Origin: the human T2T-CHM13v2.0 reference genome, Homo sapiens
DNA: 64,000 nt
Strand: one strand, 5' to 3'
Assembly: GCF_009914755.1 (NCBI RefSeq)
Contig: NC_060942.1
Positions 61,039-64,000 of the stretch are shown in pieces. Each line of letters starts with the position of its first letter. Position 1 is the first letter of the stretch. A program made the position numbers and the translations under genes. Below the pieces are notes generated by a model, which saw nothing but the letters and a program-made list of their open reading frames with translations, did not search any database and had not been told where the DNA came from.

Positions 61039-64000
61039 TTAGCAACTTACACAACCTGGAAAAATCAACTGATCTATAAATATTGGCATGGATGAGTGTA
61101 CAAATACTTTCAAAAAGAATTACAATTTCTCTGTAATAACTATCAAGGTTATTTGGCTAATAGGGGGTCCCTGGAAGACCTTTAAGACCTGTCTGTAAAA
61201 GAAAAGGAACGCTGGCAATTCACAAGACACCTCAGCAATGTAGCATCTGCTCCTGGGGCAGGTAACAAAATCCAGTTTTAAATTTTGCTCTTAACAGTTA
61301 AGGAGATAATCAAGTCAGCTTGGGATTGGGTTGTGCACAGGAAGGCTGCAAAAAGATTACAAAATAGCCTCCCCCTGGCAGAAATGTAAAAAAGCCATTC
61401 CATGATTTTTTTTTTTTTCAGTTCTGCCAACGATTTATCTTCAGAAGACAAGCAGATGAGGAGACAAAACCTACTGATGTGGGTACCCAAGCAGGAACCC
61501 CCCTCTTGCACCGGCGACTCACGTGGGAAGAAGGTAGGAAATCAACAGCATAGGGGAAAGAAAAGGAAAAGGAGTTTGGAAACAGGATAAGACAGGCTTC
61601 TTTTGAATAATGGAGAGGACTCTTAGAAAAAAGAAAAGAAACAGAATAAATTTTTATTCACTGATTCCATTTCAGCGCAGCAAATTCTCATTGATTTTAA
61701 TCAATTGCTTTCTTACAGAGTTTTGTCCATATGTATGTGACAAAATCAGCGGTCATTTAATGACAGACTTAGAATGTGTGCTAAGAATGAAACCATTGAG
61801 ATTTCCTTGTCTTTCCTCCTTTCAGTAAAAATCATGAAGGGGAGAAAGGGAGGGGGTGAGGGTGGGGCAAGGAGAGCAATATTTTATAAAAGTGACAACG
61901 CGTTTTGCATTTGAATTATTATTTATTTTCCCTGGTGGAATTTCAAGCAGGTTATTGCAAGGAAAGGAAAAACTGGAAATTAACCAAACGTGGTCCAGAC
62001 TGGGGATGACGAGTTTAGCAGGGGCTTTAATGGGACCTCCTAAGCGATTCAGGAGAGAATGAATCTCTCATAGTTTCCCTTCTCATGGGATCACTGACCA
62101 AGCTTCCCCAAATCAGGGTGCAGCAACAAAATCAGGGTGCAGCATCTTTTAAGTGGGCTTAAGACCCACTTAAAAGCTTATCATAGCGAGATGTTGAGAA
62201 GATAAAGTTTTAGTTTTTTATAGAGCAGAAAAGATATATGAGATGAGGAATAAAAGGTTCTGTCTAAAAGCCTGACATGTGTAAGACTTTCCCTCCACTG
62301 TTGTTTTCCTTTTGGTTCGGTAAGAATGTGGTGAGTGAAGTAAAAAGATAAGGAGAGAAGAACCACAGAGACCCCCTTGAAGCGTAAAACTCTGTTTATT
62401 AAGAGTGAGAATGTTCAGTGGCCTGTGACCCTCCCTTTCCTAGGCCACCTTCCCCAGTGCTTGGCTTTTCCCTGCCTGGCACCGGGTGATCCAGGCAAGG
62501 CCCTGGCTGGGGTGCCGAGGGTGGGGGAGACAGCTCTGGGTCCTTCTGTGCCACTTCCTCCCTGTGCTGGTGTTTCAGCAGCAATCTGCCCCTCTGCGAT
62601 GGCAGCCTGTCCACAGCTCTAGTGCCCATAGGCTTGGGGACCCCGTTCCTTCCCTTCATCTGACTCTTCAGGCCTAGAGTGGCGAGGGCTTCCCACTGTG
62701 CTTGGCTCTGGGTACCTCGGCCTCTCTGGCTGTATTTTCTTAACCCTGCTCCCTGCTCTATAAACAGACCCTTCTCTAAATTCACCTCAACTCTCTTAAT
62801 GGGATTCTCTTTCATGGGATTCTGACTGACAGAGTGCGGCTAAAAATATCTCAAACCTGATAGAAGCTGAGAGGAGCTGAAATTTCGAGTTGCAGAAACC
62901 TGGATGCTTGCCACTATATAGAGGACAGCAAACCATTTATTATTTATACAATTTCAGGCAAATAGGCTCTAGAAATTCCAGGTACAAAAGATCTGAAGAG
63001 ATGACTAAACACTAACTAGGATTAGTTACATTAATCACGGACTTTTAAAATGACCAGAACCACCTGCTGCTAAATTATAAAGTCCAAAAAGACTTCAAGA
63101 ATTGTTCAAAACTAAATAATGTCAACTCTCTAGAATGATTTATTCAAATTTAAGTAGGCCAGACTCACAATTTGGAGCACAGCTCTTTAATACATATAGA
63201 TTCTAATTTTCTAAAAGAGAAATAGATTTGTTACTTGACTATTAGAAAATTCATTGTATATTTAAAAAGCGAGAGAACTTAGCTGTCTGCCTGTTCTGAG
63301 TCTGAGGTGTAAATGTTTACCTCATCATACATTAAGTATCTATAGATTATGCTCAATACTTTTTGCAAAATGTAGCATAAAGTCACTACTCATGCCCTTA
63401 AAATAGGCAACAACAATGTAATTTTAGAAAATGTTAATAAGTTTTCCTAGCTTTTGATTTTATTTTTTTTAGCTTTGGCCTTATCCTTTTTTTAGGTAGT
63501 GGCTGGCATTATGGATTAATTACTTAATACACTTTTGTTGCCTTAGAATTCACTGAGCTGAAATGGAGTGAGAGCTAAGATGCTCTCAGAATATTCTTAA
63601 AATGACTGTGCTGCAAAGAAGCCCGGGTGAATAGAAGAAAATAGAAGGAATGGTGGATACAAGTGAAGGTTAAAATGAGGTAGGAACTAAATATTATACT
63701 GGCACTTGGGGTTAGTATTTATGAATTGTTACTCTCTGGCAATGCTCTACTCTTTTGTATCTTCTTCGGGACAGAAAATTCCGTAAGAAAGACCTTTCCA
63801 GGAAGAGCTTGTCCCTAAGCTTATGGGCTCAGGGTTTGAACAAAGCGTCTCTTCCAAGACCTTGTGAATAATATGCATGTGGGCCACGTAACTTCACAAA
63901 GTAAAGTTAAACGAATGCATTCTTTTCTTGCTATTAGACCCCATTTATCGCACCAGCTGTTGGTGATTTCAGCGCACCTTTCCAAGCCTCTTGAGAGTTC

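Overview
AT-rich, CpG-poor primate (human-like) genomic DNA, intergenic or deep intronic, made up largely of interspersed repeats: about 17 Alu/FLAM elements, L1 fragments from young (L1PA2-like) to old (L1M), L2, MIR, MaLR/ERVL solo LTRs and hAT/Tigger DNA-transposon relics. I cannot support any intact protein-coding gene. The only recognisable gene-derived sequences are a full-length but disabled GAPDH processed pseudogene (45762-47016, minus) and a 38-nt tailless retrocopy of the 5' half of tRNA-Cys(GCA) (6590-6627). I found no evidence of a new multi-gene biological system. The most interesting signals are mutational scars: a ~190-bp non-repeat local duplication abutting a truncated LTR (50367-50553 and 52298-52490), a fold-back/duplication scar at the end of an Alu (26451-26690), and several perfect 12-14-bp hairpins next to short tandem duplications. 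Repeat subfamilies were assigned by eye from remembered consensus sequences, and boundaries of old repeats are approximate.
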